A stretch of 64,000 bases of DNA from an uncultured Phycisphaerales bacterium (GTDB lineage: Bacteria; Planctomycetota; Phycisphaerae; Tepidisphaerales; Tepidisphaeraceae), in assembly GCA_963844715.1 (NCBI GenBank), contig CAWJPJ010000007.1, positions 512,001 through 576,000 of the forward strand, in the 5' to 3' direction. Positions 9,540 to 19,810 of the stretch are shown here, one piece after another; within the stretch, counting starts at the first letter, position 1; each line of letters starts with the position of its first letter. A program made the position numbers and the translations under genes. The notes beneath the pieces were generated by a model, which searched no databases, was not told the DNA's origin, and saw nothing but the letters and a program-made list of their open reading frames with translations.

Positions 9540-10127
9540 ATGCAACTCTCTGATCGGGCGGCGGAAGTCCTTTTGAATATGGCCGGGGACCTGATTCGCC
9601 GGAGCCTGGCGCCGGCGGCCGTCGCGGCGGCGAATCCGCCGGTTTTTCCGGATGATCCGGAGCTGGTGCAGCCGGCGGGGTGTTTTGTGTCCCTGCACGA
9701 GAAGGCCGCGCACAATTTGCGTGGATGTATCGGGATTCTTGAAAGTGAAAAGCCGCTGCGCGAAACGCTGGCGGCCGCGGCGGATGGGGTTTTGAAAGAT
9801 CCGCGATTCGTGCATCAGCCGGTGACGTTCGAGGAGCTGGCTCGGCTGGAGATTGAAGTGACGGTGATTGGGCCGATGAAGCCGGCGGCGAGTCCGCTGG
9901 ATTTTGATCCTCGGGAGAATGGGATTTTTTTGACGCTTGCGGGTCGGTCCGGGTGTTTTTTGCCGCAGGTGGGGAGGGAGACGGGGTGGTCGCGGGAGCA
10001 GCTTTTGTCGCGGCTATGCACGGAGAAGATGGGGTTGACTGGGGATGCGTGGCGGCGCGGGGACGCGAATTTGCGGGTTTTTAATGCGGTGGTGATTGGG
10101 CCGCGTGCGCTTTCGAGTGAAATCTAA
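9540..10127 (+). CDS. amrA: AMMECR1-domain protein (AmmeMemoRadiSam protein A-like)
   Basis: GCFVSL, LRGCIG, DPRF, LEIEVTVI, GCFLPQV, W...L..KMG motifs. Confidence 0.9.
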   Translation: MQLSDRAAEVLLNMAGDLIRRSLAPAAVAAANPPVFPDDPELVQPAGCFVSLHEKAAHNLRGCIGILESEKPLRETLAAAADGVLKDPRFVHQPVTFEELARLEIEVTVIGPMKPAASPLDFDPRENGIFLTLAGRSGCFLPQVGRETGWSREQLLSRLCTEKMGLTGDAWRRGDANLRVFNAVVIGPRALSSEI

Positions 10128-10170
10128 CGGCGTGCTGGCTTCGACAGGCGCAGCCCAGGACGCACGCCCG

Positions 10171-11607
10171 CTAAATAGGTTTGGTGGGGGCGTCGCCCAA
10201 AATGGGTAGCTGAACCTTTACGCTGCGATCTTGTCCATCATCCAATCCTGGCGCGGTTCCGATGAATTTCTGATCGATTTGTTTCACATTCCGGACGGGC
10301 AGGAAAGTGGCGGGCATCAGGTCCGGGGATTTTGGGCCGTCGTGGCGGTGGAGGACGTTGTAGTACTGATCGCGCTGGGCGGGGAACCAGCCGGCGTCGC
10401 GGATGAGGCGGCAGATTTCTCGCTCGCTGAGGCGGTAGGTTGTCCCGGCGGCACTGACGACGTTTTCCTCCATCATGACGCTGCCCATGTCGTTGGCCCC
10501 GAACATCATGGCCATCTGGCCGATCTTGGGGCCCATGGTGACCCAACTGCTTTGCAGGGAGGGGATGTTGTCGAGGAAGAGGCGGGCGATGGCGAGCATG
10601 CGCAGGTATTCGTCGGCGCCGGCCATGCGGACGACTCGGCCGCGGAGGATGTCGTCGTTGGTCGAGTCGTCGAAGGGGCCGTAGATGTCCGGGTCCCATT
10701 CGGCGGCGCGACCGAGGGGGGTGTTTTCACGTTGAAACGGCCAGTGGATGAACGCAGCGTAGCTGCCGGGATTATCGGGGATTTTGCCGTCGAATTCGGA
10801 TTTGGCGAAGACGCCCGGCCAGCGAGCTTTGATTCGTTCCACTTTGTCTGTTCGTCCCTGGGTCTGTTCGTCCCTTAGCGAGATCGCGTAATCCTGCATA
10901 TCGCGCACGGCCGCCATGTGCTCGATGCGCTCGCGGACGAATTCGATGTGCCCGATGAGCATGGTGGCGCTGCTGCTCATGCCTTCTTCGTGGGCGACGC
11001 GCATGACGCGGAGCCAGTCGTCGCCGGTGCATTTTCCCAGGCCGATTCGGCGGCGGACGCGCGGGGTGAAGATTTCGCCGCCCCCGCCGGGGATGGTATC
11101 GAGGCCGGCTTTGCGGAAGCGGCGGATGACCTGGCGGACGTCCATATTGAAGAACCGCTCGAACTCGATGAACTCGGGCGGCGAGAAGGCGTGAATGTGA
11201 ATGGTGGGGAAAGTGGTTTTGATGAAGCGGAGGAGATTTTCGTAGTACTCGATGGGGAGCTGGTCGTTCATGCCGCCTTGCATGAGGATTTGAGTGCCGC
11301 CGATGGAGACGAGTTCGGAGATTTTCTGGCCGATCTGGTCGTGGCCGAGGGTGTAGGCGTCGACGTCTTCGTGGTCGCGGCGGAAGGCGCAGAAGGTGCA
11401 GCGGGCGGTGCAGACGTTGGTGTAGTTGATGTTGCGGTCGATGACGTAGGTGCGGTAGTCCTCGGGGTGCATGCGGCGGGCGGCGGCGGATGCCCAGCTT
11501 CCAAGATCGTGGAGAGAGGCGGAATGGTAAAGCTCCAACGCCTCGGCCTCGGTGAGCCGCCGCTTCCCGGCGATGATTTCGTCGATGTTGAAGGAGAGCG
11601 GGGGCAC
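10171..11607 (-). CDS. mqnC: CofH/MqnC-family radical SAM protein, probably cyclic dehypoxanthine futalosine synthase
   Basis: TYVIDRNINYTNVCTARCTFCAF (CxxxCxxC), ILMQGG, IPGGGGEI, QSSWVTMG, GANDMGSVMMEENVVSAAG; GTG start assumed. Confidence 0.85.
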   Translation of the reverse strand: MPPLSFNIDEIIAGKRRLTEAEALELYHSASLHDLGSWASAAARRMHPEDYRTYVIDRNINYTNVCTARCTFCAFRRDHEDVDAYTLGHDQIGQKISELVSIGGTQILMQGGMNDQLPIEYYENLLRFIKTTFPTIHIHAFSPPEFIEFERFFNMDVRQVIRRFRKAGLDTIPGGGGEIFTPRVRRRIGLGKCTGDDWLRVMRVAHEEGMSSSATMLIGHIEFVRERIEHMAAVRDMQDYAISLRDEQTQGRTDKVERIKARWPGVFAKSEFDGKIPDNPGSYAAFIHWPFQRENTPLGRAAEWDPDIYGPFDDSTNDDILRGRVVRMAGADEYLRMLAIARLFLDNIPSLQSSWVTMGPKIGQMAMMFGANDMGSVMMEENVVSAAGTTYRLSEREICRLIRDAGWFPAQRDQYYNVLHRHDGPKSPDLMPATFLPVRNVKQIDQKFIGTAPGLDDGQDRSVKVQLPILGDAPTKPI

Positions 11608-11675
11608 GATGTGTGCAAAGTGTAGGGATCGTCGCGGCGGGTTCAAATCTTTCGCGAAAAGAGCCAATTTGCGGA

Positions 11676-12011
11676 TCAGGAATGCCGTACTTCGTTTTGG
11701 TACGCCTGAAGGATCGCCGTGATCATGGCCCCGAATTTCTTTTGGAGTTCAGCACAGCGGGGATGATTTTGCAGCTCGACGCCTTTACGCTCGCTACGGA
11801 TCAGCCCGGCTTCGCGCAGGATTTTGAAGTGCTGCGAAAGAGTGGATTTGGGGATGCGGGTTTTGTTCATATCGAGGAAAGCCGAGCAATTTTTGGCGCA
11901 ATCGGCGTTGATCAACTGGGCGAAAATGCGCACGCGCACGGGGTCGGACAGGGCGTAGAGGATTCCCTGCACGGTGATTTCCTTGAGGGACGGATGGTAA
12001 AGCGGCCGCAT
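11676..12011 (-). CDS. ArsR/SmtB-family transcriptional regulator
   Basis: ALSDPVRVRI and KSTLSQHFKILREAGLI wHTH; divergent from an SDR gene. Confidence 0.9.
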   Translation of the reverse strand: MRPLYHPSLKEITVQGILYALSDPVRVRIFAQLINADCAKNCSAFLDMNKTRIPKSTLSQHFKILREAGLIRSERKGVELQNHPRCAELQKKFGAMITAILQAYQNEVRHS

Positions 12012-12097
12012 ATTAAAATTGTAGCACGGGTTGACTTCCATTATCCATTAGTTCTAGAGTACCGAACTATTGGATTGATAGAAAGGAGATTACTGAT

Positions 12098-12832
12098 ATG
12101 GGCAAGCTCAACGGAAAAACGGCGGTGATCACGGGAGCCACTTCGGGGATGGCGCTGGCGACGGCGAAACTCTTCGCCCATGAAGGGGCCTTTGTCTTCA
12201 TTACCGGGCGAAGGCAGGAGCAATTGGACGCGGCGGTGAAGGATATCGGCGCCAACTCAGCCGGAGTGCAGGGGGATGCCGGGAATCTTTCCGATCTCGA
12301 CCGGCTGTTCAAAACGGTGAAGGAGAAGAAGGGGCAGATCGATATCGTGTTCGCCAGCGCGGGGATAGGGGACCTGAGCAGCCCGCTTGGGTCCGTGACG
12401 GAAAAGGGGTTTGACGATATTTTCAACGTGAATGTTCGGGGCACTCTGTTTACGGTGCAAAAGGCGCTGCCGCTGCTGCGGGACGGGGCTTCGATCATTT
12501 TGAACGGCTCGATTGCCGGGTCCAAGGGTTTTCCCGGCGCGAGTGTTTACAGCGCGAGCAAAGCGGCGGTGCGATCGTTGGCCCGAACTTGGGCGGCGGA
12601 ACTCGTGGCGCGGAAGATTCGAGTGAATGTCATCAGCCCGGGGCCGATTGATACCAATATTTTCACTCGGCGCCCGGCGGGAATGAAGGATCAGTTTGCG
12701 TCGCTCGTTCCGATGGGTCGCCTGGGCCGGCCGGAGGAGATCGCTTCGACGGCGCTCTTCCTGGCGTCGCAAGATTCGAGCTTCATCACTGGGAGCGAGA
12801 TCTTCGTCGATGGTGGAACGGCACAGACTTAG
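12098..12832 (+). CDS. SDR-family oxidoreductase
   Basis: TGATSGMA, YSASK, IRVNVISPGPIDT, FVDGG. Confidence 0.93.
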   Translation: MGKLNGKTAVITGATSGMALATAKLFAHEGAFVFITGRRQEQLDAAVKDIGANSAGVQGDAGNLSDLDRLFKTVKEKKGQIDIVFASAGIGDLSSPLGSVTEKGFDDIFNVNVRGTLFTVQKALPLLRDGASIILNGSIAGSKGFPGASVYSASKAAVRSLARTWAAELVARKIRVNVISPGPIDTNIFTRRPAGMKDQFASLVPMGRLGRPEEIASTALFLASQDSSFITGSEIFVDGGTAQT

Positions 12833-13118
12833 GGGTTCAATTAAACCTCCATCTTGGTCTGTTGAATGCGGTTTGCCGTGGGGTGCGTTGTTTTGCGCGG
12901 GGAAGAATGCCACCGATTCGCCTCGGATTCAGTGGCGGCGTCCTTCAAATAGCGGCGCTGTCGTGGGTTAACTCCGGTCGTGGGGTGCGGAAAATTCATT
13001 CCAGATAGGGGAGTGGCCCGCGACATTTGTAGCCGTATGGCCGAATGTCATCCAATCTTATCTTTTGTAGCAAGTTTTTAGTCGCATTTTCATAGCGCTG
13101 TTTGTAGGGTACGGGGTT

Positions 13119-13969
13119 GTGACAAAAAGGGGTTTTATGCGGCGCGTCGGGTGGTGGATAGTCATTTGTTCGCTTTTTGGGTTGGTCGGGTGTGCGTCGA
13201 AGGCGCCATCAGCACAGCCGGTGGCGGCGGGCAACGCGACCCCGGCGGCTCTGAGCGCGGCCGTGGATACCGATCAAGCCGAAATTGCGCTTTTGAAAGC
13301 TGAAAACGAGGAGTTGAAGGGCAGGCTGGCTACCGCTGCGGGGGATGCCGACGGCGATAAATCGCGCGGGCTGGGGGATTATCCTCAATCGAAAGAGGAT
13401 AGTTCGCTCCACCTGCTTCCATTGGTCGTTTTTCCCAAGCCGCATCAGGGGCCGATGAACATCAGCGAAGATTGCTGGAACAGGGACGAGACCCTGACTT
13501 GCGCAAGTTGGAGAAGCGCATTTCCACCGCTCTTCAGAAGATCGACCTCCCCTGGACGGTGTGGGCGTATGGCGGGGTTGGGCACCCTGCCGGATTCGCG
13601 ATCGTCTCGAGTTTGCAGGAGATCGACGAGCACGGCATCTGCGAAGATAAACCGCCGAGCACCCAGAGAAATCTAAGGCAATTCATTTTTGTATTGAGTC
13701 CGACGGTTGTCGAGACCAACGATCGGCCCGCCGAAGAGGAGGAATTCACCTATTACTTCGAACACGGGAGCGCGGAATTACCGGATTCGATCGCGGACAA
13801 CAGTCTTGTCGACACGAGGGAAGGGGGGGATCACCTCTATTTGCTGGTGTATCGGTTCCAGCGACCAATGGATTTACCGACTCTGGATTTGATGTCGGAC
13901 AACCCGGAAATTGACCATTTCCACAAGTCCGGATTAGCGGCTGCACTCGATGAAGAATTGGGGAAATGA
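13119..13969 (+). CDS. hypothetical lipoprotein (probable frameshift near 13480)
   Basis: LVGC lipobox and coiled-coil segment; second frame 13472-13969 ends in an ATGA overlap with the next gene. Confidence 0.55.
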
Positions 13970-14595
13970 TGCCTAACCAAACGACGTCTGGCACTGCATC
14001 GACAGTGCCGGCAAAAGCGGCTGATTGCGACGGAAAAAAATCCGCCTGGGCGGAGAGAATATTGATCGCAATTTGCGGCCTCCTGGTGCTCATAATCGGG
14101 GTGGTTCTGGCGAGACAAACGTATGAAGCGACTGTGCAGGTGCAGACGCTTGAAGCAAGCGCGCAGAAGACCAGCACGGACTACCTGAACACGCGGGTGT
14201 TCGTGGTTTCGCTTTTGACGTTGCCGCTGCTGGGCACGCTTTTCGGAATTTTGCCCATACACTCGCATCACCATGCCTTGTCGTACACGTTTCTCAGCGC
14301 GTTGATCGGATCGGCGCTTTATTTGGGATCGGTTTTGGCGCTAATTTGCCTCGAGGACAGTTGCTTCCCGGGCGAGCTGACTACGTATTTCGGTTACTGG
14401 GCAGTCCTCTTTGCTCTTTTTCAATCATATGCAACACTTTCGATAACTCGCCTTGCCCGCCCCGATCTCCGTAAGGGCGAGGATGAGAAAACGGAAAAAA
14501 GCGGAGAAAAACCCAACTTGGAAATAAACATCAACATGGTGGAGATAACGGAATCAATCACTGTCGAGACTGATACTGCCGCCGATTCCCCGTAA
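13966..14595 (+). CDS. hypothetical membrane protein (about 4 TM)
   Basis: Four hydrophobic segments; ATGA overlap with the upstream ORF. Confidence 0.6.
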   Translation: MMPNQTTSGTASTVPAKAADCDGKKSAWAERILIAICGLLVLIIGVVLARQTYEATVQVQTLEASAQKTSTDYLNTRVFVVSLLTLPLLGTLFGILPIHSHHHALSYTFLSALIGSALYLGSVLALICLEDSCFPGELTTYFGYWAVLFALFQSYATLSITRLARPDLRKGEDEKTEKSGEKPNLEININMVEITESITVETDTAADSP

Positions 14596-14600
14596 AAATC

Positions 14601-14628
14601 TTGACCCTGCCTCTCCGCAGGCGATAAT
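14601..14628 (+). promoter_or_regulatory. sigma-70-type promoter of the sigma factor gene, probably leaderless
   Basis: TTGACC-16 nt-GATAAT, 6 nt before ATG 14635. Confidence 0.55.
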
Positions 14629-14634
14629 ACAAGT

Positions 14635-16272
14635 ATGGCCAAGTTCCGACTTGTGTTGATCGGCGAACTGGCCCGCCAGATGGGCTTTACGCCTCAGGAG
14701 TTGCGATTCGCGCAACTTGATGCGGCGGAAGAGCTTCTGCTAGATATCGATCCCGCCAAGGCTTATCCGTTCGGATTCATCGTCTTCAGGATCACCGGCT
14801 ACCATCCCAAGCGCATTGACCAGGAATTGCTTACGGGTCTGGCCCTTCAGCACGATTTGGGGCTGCTCGTCGAGCAGGTCAGCGACACTTTGGACTTGAG
14901 GCAGGACAGCCAGCCCCAGCCGGTTTTGAGCATCGACGAAGTGACCGAGCGGTTCAACGTCACGAGCAAGACGATCCAGCGCTGGCGGCGGCGGGGTCTG
15001 GGGGCGCGAATTTTTACGTTCCCCGATGGGAAGCGGCGGGTGGGGTTTTTGCTATCGACCGTCGAGCGGTTTTTCGCCAGCCATCGGGATCAGGTGGCCC
15101 ATGCGGGGAATTTCTCGATCGTTACCGAGAATGAGAAATCGCAAATCCTGCTGACGGCGCGTCGATTGGCGCGGGGCGGGAAATGCAGCGCGGTGGAGAT
15201 CGCCCGGCGCATTGGCCGGAAATTGGACCGCGCGCCCGTGGCGATCACGCAGATTCTCAAAACCCATGGGCAGGCGATCCTTGCGATGGCGGCTCCGCCG
15301 ATCTCCGAGGAACAATGCGAGGAGATTTATGCGGCCCATCGCGGTGGCGAGTGCGTGCAGGCTTTGAGCGATCGGTTGGGACGATCCGCGGCCGAAATTC
15401 GCCGGGTGATTCTGGAACACCGCCTGGGCCGGTTGATTCGGCGGCGGATGCGGTTTATTGACGATCCGATTTATCACCAGCCGGACGCGGCCGAAGCGAT
15501 TGATGCCATCGTCGAGCAGGAGGAACTGGCCGATCCGCATAACGGGCAAGAGTCGCGTATTCCGCGGGATTTGCCGCCGTATTTGCAGGATTTGTATCGC
15601 ACGCCGCTGCTATCCGCCGCGCGGGAGCGGGCGCTTTTCCTGAAGCTCAATTTCCATAAATTCGAGTTTGTGACGGCCCGGCGGAAGATCGATCCGGCGC
15701 TGGCGACGGCGCGGCAGGTGAATCTGCTGGAAAATCTGCGCCGCCGGGTGATCGAGGCGAAGAACCGGATCGTGCGGGCGAATCTGCGGCTGGTGGTCAG
15801 CGTGGCGCGGAAACACCTGCGGGCGAATCTCTCACTGATGGACTTGATCAGCGATGGAAACATCACCCTGATGCGGGCGGTCGATTCGTTTGATTTTCAC
15901 AAGGGGAATCGATTCAGCACCTATGCGACATTTGCCCTGATGAAGGGATTTGCGCGAAGCGTGCCGCAGATGCAGGTTCGTCAGCGGCGGACGATGGCCG
16001 ATGCGGAAATGCTTGCGACGGTTTCCGACCAGCGGCCGACGATGGATGTGGATCGCATGCTGGATCGGGACCAGGTCAACGGGTTGCTGTCGCGGCTGGA
16101 GCCGCGCGAGCGCGATGTGATCCTGGCCCACTTTGGATTGAATGAGCGGACGCCGGCGACTTACGAGCAGGTGGGTTCGCGAATGGGGTTATCCAAGCAG
16201 CGGGTGCGGCAGATCGAGCAGGCGGCGCTGGCGAAGCTTCGGGCAGCTCCAAAAAGCGATCTGCCCGCCTAA
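14635..16272 (+). CDS. sigma-70-family RNA polymerase sigma factor with long N-terminal extension
   Basis: Region 1.2 YLQDLYRTPLL; region 2 ANLRLVVSVARK..DLISDGN..LMRAVDSFD..KGNRFSTYAT; region 4 TYEQVG..LSKQRVRQIE; N-terminal MerR-like HTH. Confidence 0.88.
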   Translation: MAKFRLVLIGELARQMGFTPQELRFAQLDAAEELLLDIDPAKAYPFGFIVFRITGYHPKRIDQELLTGLALQHDLGLLVEQVSDTLDLRQDSQPQPVLSIDEVTERFNVTSKTIQRWRRRGLGARIFTFPDGKRRVGFLLSTVERFFASHRDQVAHAGNFSIVTENEKSQILLTARRLARGGKCSAVEIARRIGRKLDRAPVAITQILKTHGQAILAMAAPPISEEQCEEIYAAHRGGECVQALSDRLGRSAAEIRRVILEHRLGRLIRRRMRFIDDPIYHQPDAAEAIDAIVEQEELADPHNGQESRIPRDLPPYLQDLYRTPLLSAARERALFLKLNFHKFEFVTARRKIDPALATARQVNLLENLRRRVIEAKNRIVRANLRLVVSVARKHLRANLSLMDLISDGNITLMRAVDSFDFHKGNRFSTYATFALMKGFARSVPQMQVRQRRTMADAEMLATVSDQRPTMDVDRMLDRDQVNGLLSRLEPRERDVILAHFGLNERTPATYEQVGSRMGLSKQRVRQIEQAALAKLRAAPKSDLPA

Positions 16273-16433
16273 CTTAATTCCCTTCCCATTGTCTGATCTT
16301 CGGCGAGAGAATTGAAAAGCGGTCGAAGTTGCGATCTTCTTTGGGATCAGGGTAAATTATTTTCCGCCGTTTTTTTGAATGTTTTGTAGGCAGCGGGGTT
16401 GTTGCCCCGCTGGATTTGGAAGGAAGGATTTTT

Positions 16434-18228
16434 ATGCGGCACCTGCGAGGCTCGGGCGCGGCGGCATTTTTTTTGATCTGTCTGTCGGCGGCGCTGGCGC
16501 GGGGCGACGCCAAAGTGGATACGACGGACGTTGGGGACAATGGGAACGTCGCGGCGTTCGCGGTGAGTCCGCATGTGAAGCACTTTCTGGTTTTGTCCGT
16601 GAAGGGAAGCCGGTATCAGATTCTGATCGATGGGGCGGCGGGTCCGAAGATTGAATCGATCGATTGGACGGGGGGGACGGCATACAACGCGGGGGCCGGA
16701 GGGGCGGTGTTGACACAAATGCCGGTGGTCTTTTCACCGGATGGGGAGCATTTTGCCTATTGCTACAAGGATGCCGCCGATACCGTGATCGTTGAGGACG
16801 GCAAGGAAATCGGTCGGCTGGCGACGCTGAACGGGCTGGAAATGCCGCTGACGTTTTCGAACAACGGGCAGCATCTGGCATGGGGTTACAACAACTCGAT
16901 TTATATGGACGGCGTCGCCGGGCCGCAGAGTCGCTATCAGCCTGTGCTGAATTTCAGTCCGGATGGAACGCGATACACCTACAACGGGACGGTCGTGGGG
17001 GGCAATCAAAACTGGGGGTTCGTGGACGGAAAGCAGGTCAACTACTTTGGAGAATTTTCGCAATTCTCAGCCACCAATCATCTCATCAGCCTCTACCCGG
17101 CGGACGGAGGCGGAACGATTTTCGTGCTCGACGGCAAGCCGGAGTTCAAAGCGGGCGGCATTCGCAATGTCTGGACCTCTGCGGACGGGAAGCAGATTGC
17201 CATCCTCATTCAGCCGGATATCCAAAACTCCCAGACGGTGCTTTCCGTGAATGGGAAGTTGGTGCCCTCAACCCAAGGGGTGAATATCACAAACATGTAT
17301 TTCAGCCCCGACGGCAAGCGCTGGGCCGCGCTCTGCAACGCCAACGGCGGGAACTTCATGATCATCGACGGGACCAAGGCGGATTCATATCAGAACATTC
17401 CGCCCGCGGTCGACTATGACTACCGGGCGACTTTCGCCTGGGCGTATCCGACGGTGGATCCGAAGACGGTGCTCGAGCTGCCGGCGTTTACATCCGATTC
17501 GGCGAAATTTGTTTATGTCGCCACGGCCAACTCGCAGAATTTCTTGATGACCGAGGACGGAGAGTACGACGATTTTACGATCAATTACCAGAACGCGATC
17601 GTGAGCCCGGCGGGAGGGCATTGGGGATTTATCGGGCAAAATCGCCTAAAAAAAGGGGCGGTGGTCGTTGACAACAAGCCGGTCTTTACGCTGCAGCTAG
17701 CGCACGAACGAGCAGGCCGCGGCTGTCGGTTTGTGCTTCAGCCCGGATGGGGGGCATTACGCCTTTACTAGCATTGATGGCCAGCACCTCTACGAGGACG
17801 CCAAGCAATTGCCGGGAGGAATCCAGGGGCGGAATTTCATTTTCAGCCCGGATGGAAGTCACCTGGCGTATGTGACGTATCGCTCCGGAGTGGCGATCGA
17901 CGGGAAAATCTTCGCCAACGTCCCTCCCGGGCACGGTGTGAACTCGCCTCTATTTTCGCCGGATGGGCAGCATTTTTACTTCATCACCACAGGCAATGTG
18001 CCCAACTCCAAGGACCAGCAGACGTTGTACTGCGACGGCAAGCCGGTGGCGCATTTCAGCGGACTGCAACTGGGCCCCGGACAGGAAATCCACTATGATA
18101 TTTCACAAAACGGAGTGCTGACGCTGATTGCGCAGTCCGATGGGGAATTGACCCGGTTCGTCGTGACGCCGGATTCAAACATCGAAGCGGTGCTGAGTGC
18201 CGCCCCGGCGGCGCCGGTAAATCCGTAA
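16434..18228 (+). CDS. secreted WD40/TolB-like beta-propeller protein (frameshift near 17700)
   Basis: Signal peptide; repeated FSPDG(x)H/R and (I/V)DGK motifs. Confidence 0.75.
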
Positions 18229-18314
18229 CCCGCGCGCGTATTAACAATTCACGCGGGATTTTCGTGCGATTTAATGATTGGGCGATTGGGTGTGCCAACG
18301 AATCGCGCACCGCC

Positions 18315-19781
18315 TCACGCCTGATTCACGCGCTTGGACAACTCCCGCTTAAGAACTTTTCCGGTCGGCGAGCGCGGCAAATCCTTTTCAATATAAACTT
18401 CCCGCGGGATTTTCCATTGCGGTAGGCCGTGTTCCCGGCAGAAATCTCGCAGTTCGTCGGCCTGTATCGACTGGCCTTCCCTAGCGACGACGAACGCCAC
18501 GACGATCTCCCCGCGGCCGGGATCTTTTTTGCCAACTACGGCGATTTCCGCCACGGCGGGGTGATTCAGGATCGCTTCCTCCACTTCGCGGGGCGCGACT
18601 TTTTCGCCGGCGATAATGATCAGATCTTTCTTTCTGCCGGTGATGTAGAGAAATCCGTCGGAATCGAATTTGCCGAGATCGCCGGTTTTGAAGAAACCGT
18701 CGGGCGTGATGGCGGCGGCGGTTTCGTTGGGGAGGTTGTAGTAGCCGCGGAAGACCATCGGGCCCTTGAGCCAGATTTCGCCCTCGCCGCCGGTGGGGAG
18801 AGGTTGACCGTTTTCGTCCATGATTTTGATTGTGGCGCCGGGGATGGCTTTCCCGACGCTTCCCTGCCGGAACTCATGCGGCACGTTCAGGGCAACCACC
18901 GGGCTGGTCTCGCTTAGGCCATATCCTTCATGGAGGGTCACGCCGAAGCGCTGTTTGAAGCCTTCCCGGAGTGTGGAAGGGAGCGGCTCCCCGCCGCTGA
19001 TCGCGAGCCAGACGGTTTTAAAATCCGGCGGCGCGGCGTTCTTCAAATGCGCGATCGCGCCAAACATGCTCGGCACGGCAAAGAGCAGCGAAACGCCGCG
19101 ATCGCGGATGGCGTTGACCGCGGCCACGGGGCTGAACCGGGCCATGTAAATAATCGTCGCGCCGAGCTGGATGGGGGCGAGCATCATCGCGGTCATGCCG
19201 AAGGCGTGGAACAGAGGGATTACGCCCAGGAAGACGTGCTTGGAGCCCAATTGCGCGTGCTCGATGCAGGCATCGACGTCGCTTTGCAAATTCTCATAGG
19301 AAAGGATCACGCCTTTCGGTAAGCCGCTGGTCCCGCTGGTGTAGATCAGTACGGCCATGTCGTCGGGACTTTTGGGTGCGGCGGTGGGAAGAGCGGAATC
19401 AGCCGGCGGCGGGGGAAGCTGGGAAATGTCGATGATTTTGAGGCCGCTATTGGCGATGCGCGCGGCCAAAGGGGGCGCGGTGAGGACGGTATCAACGCCG
19501 CTATCAGCCAGGACATGAGCCACCTCGCGGTCGCCGAGCAAAAAATTTATCGGTACGACGCTCTTGCCAGCCAGCAGAATTCCATAGAAACTGGCGACAA
19601 AACCAAAGCTGGAAGGGAGCATGACGGCGACGTTTTGCCGCTGCGTGCCGGCGGAGAGCAAAGCCGCCAATCCCCCGGCCGCCGCCGCAACTTGCTGGAA
19701 GGTGTAGCTGCCCCGATCGTCGTGCAGGGCAATTTCGCCGGGCGTACGCCGGGCGCGATCGAGCAGCGGTTCCACCAGCAT
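18315..19781 (-). CDS. AMP-binding acyl-CoA ligase (long-chain fatty acid-CoA ligase-like)
   Basis: YTSGTSGLPKG, EGYGLSETSP, FKTGDLG, GRKKDLII, PRSPTGKVLK. Confidence 0.92.
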   Translation of the reverse strand: MLVEPLLDRARRTPGEIALHDDRGSYTFQQVAAAAGGLAALLSAGTQRQNVAVMLPSSFGFVASFYGILLAGKSVVPINFLLGDREVAHVLADSGVDTVLTAPPLAARIANSGLKIIDISQLPPPPADSALPTAAPKSPDDMAVLIYTSGTSGLPKGVILSYENLQSDVDACIEHAQLGSKHVFLGVIPLFHAFGMTAMMLAPIQLGATIIYMARFSPVAAVNAIRDRGVSLLFAVPSMFGAIAHLKNAAPPDFKTVWLAISGGEPLPSTLREGFKQRFGVTLHEGYGLSETSPVVALNVPHEFRQGSVGKAIPGATIKIMDENGQPLPTGGEGEIWLKGPMVFRGYYNLPNETAAAITPDGFFKTGDLGKFDSDGFLYITGRKKDLIIIAGEKVAPREVEEAILNHPAVAEIAVVGKKDPGRGEIVVAFVVAREGQSIQADELRDFCREHGLPQWKIPREVYIEKDLPRSPTGKVLKRELSKRVNQA

Positions 19782-19810
19782 CGCGGCAAATATAACGCTT
19801 GGAGGCAAGG

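Noticed and set aside
9019..9576. + strand ORF of 185 aa (also 8719-8940 and 9197-9418)
   Set aside because: No recognisable motifs, atypical composition, and it runs over dense stems and DnaA-like boxes; probably spurious.
9540..11607. Complete AmmeMemoRadiSam system
   Set aside because: The neighbouring radical SAM gene is convergent and MqnC-type, and no Memo (AmrB) gene is present.
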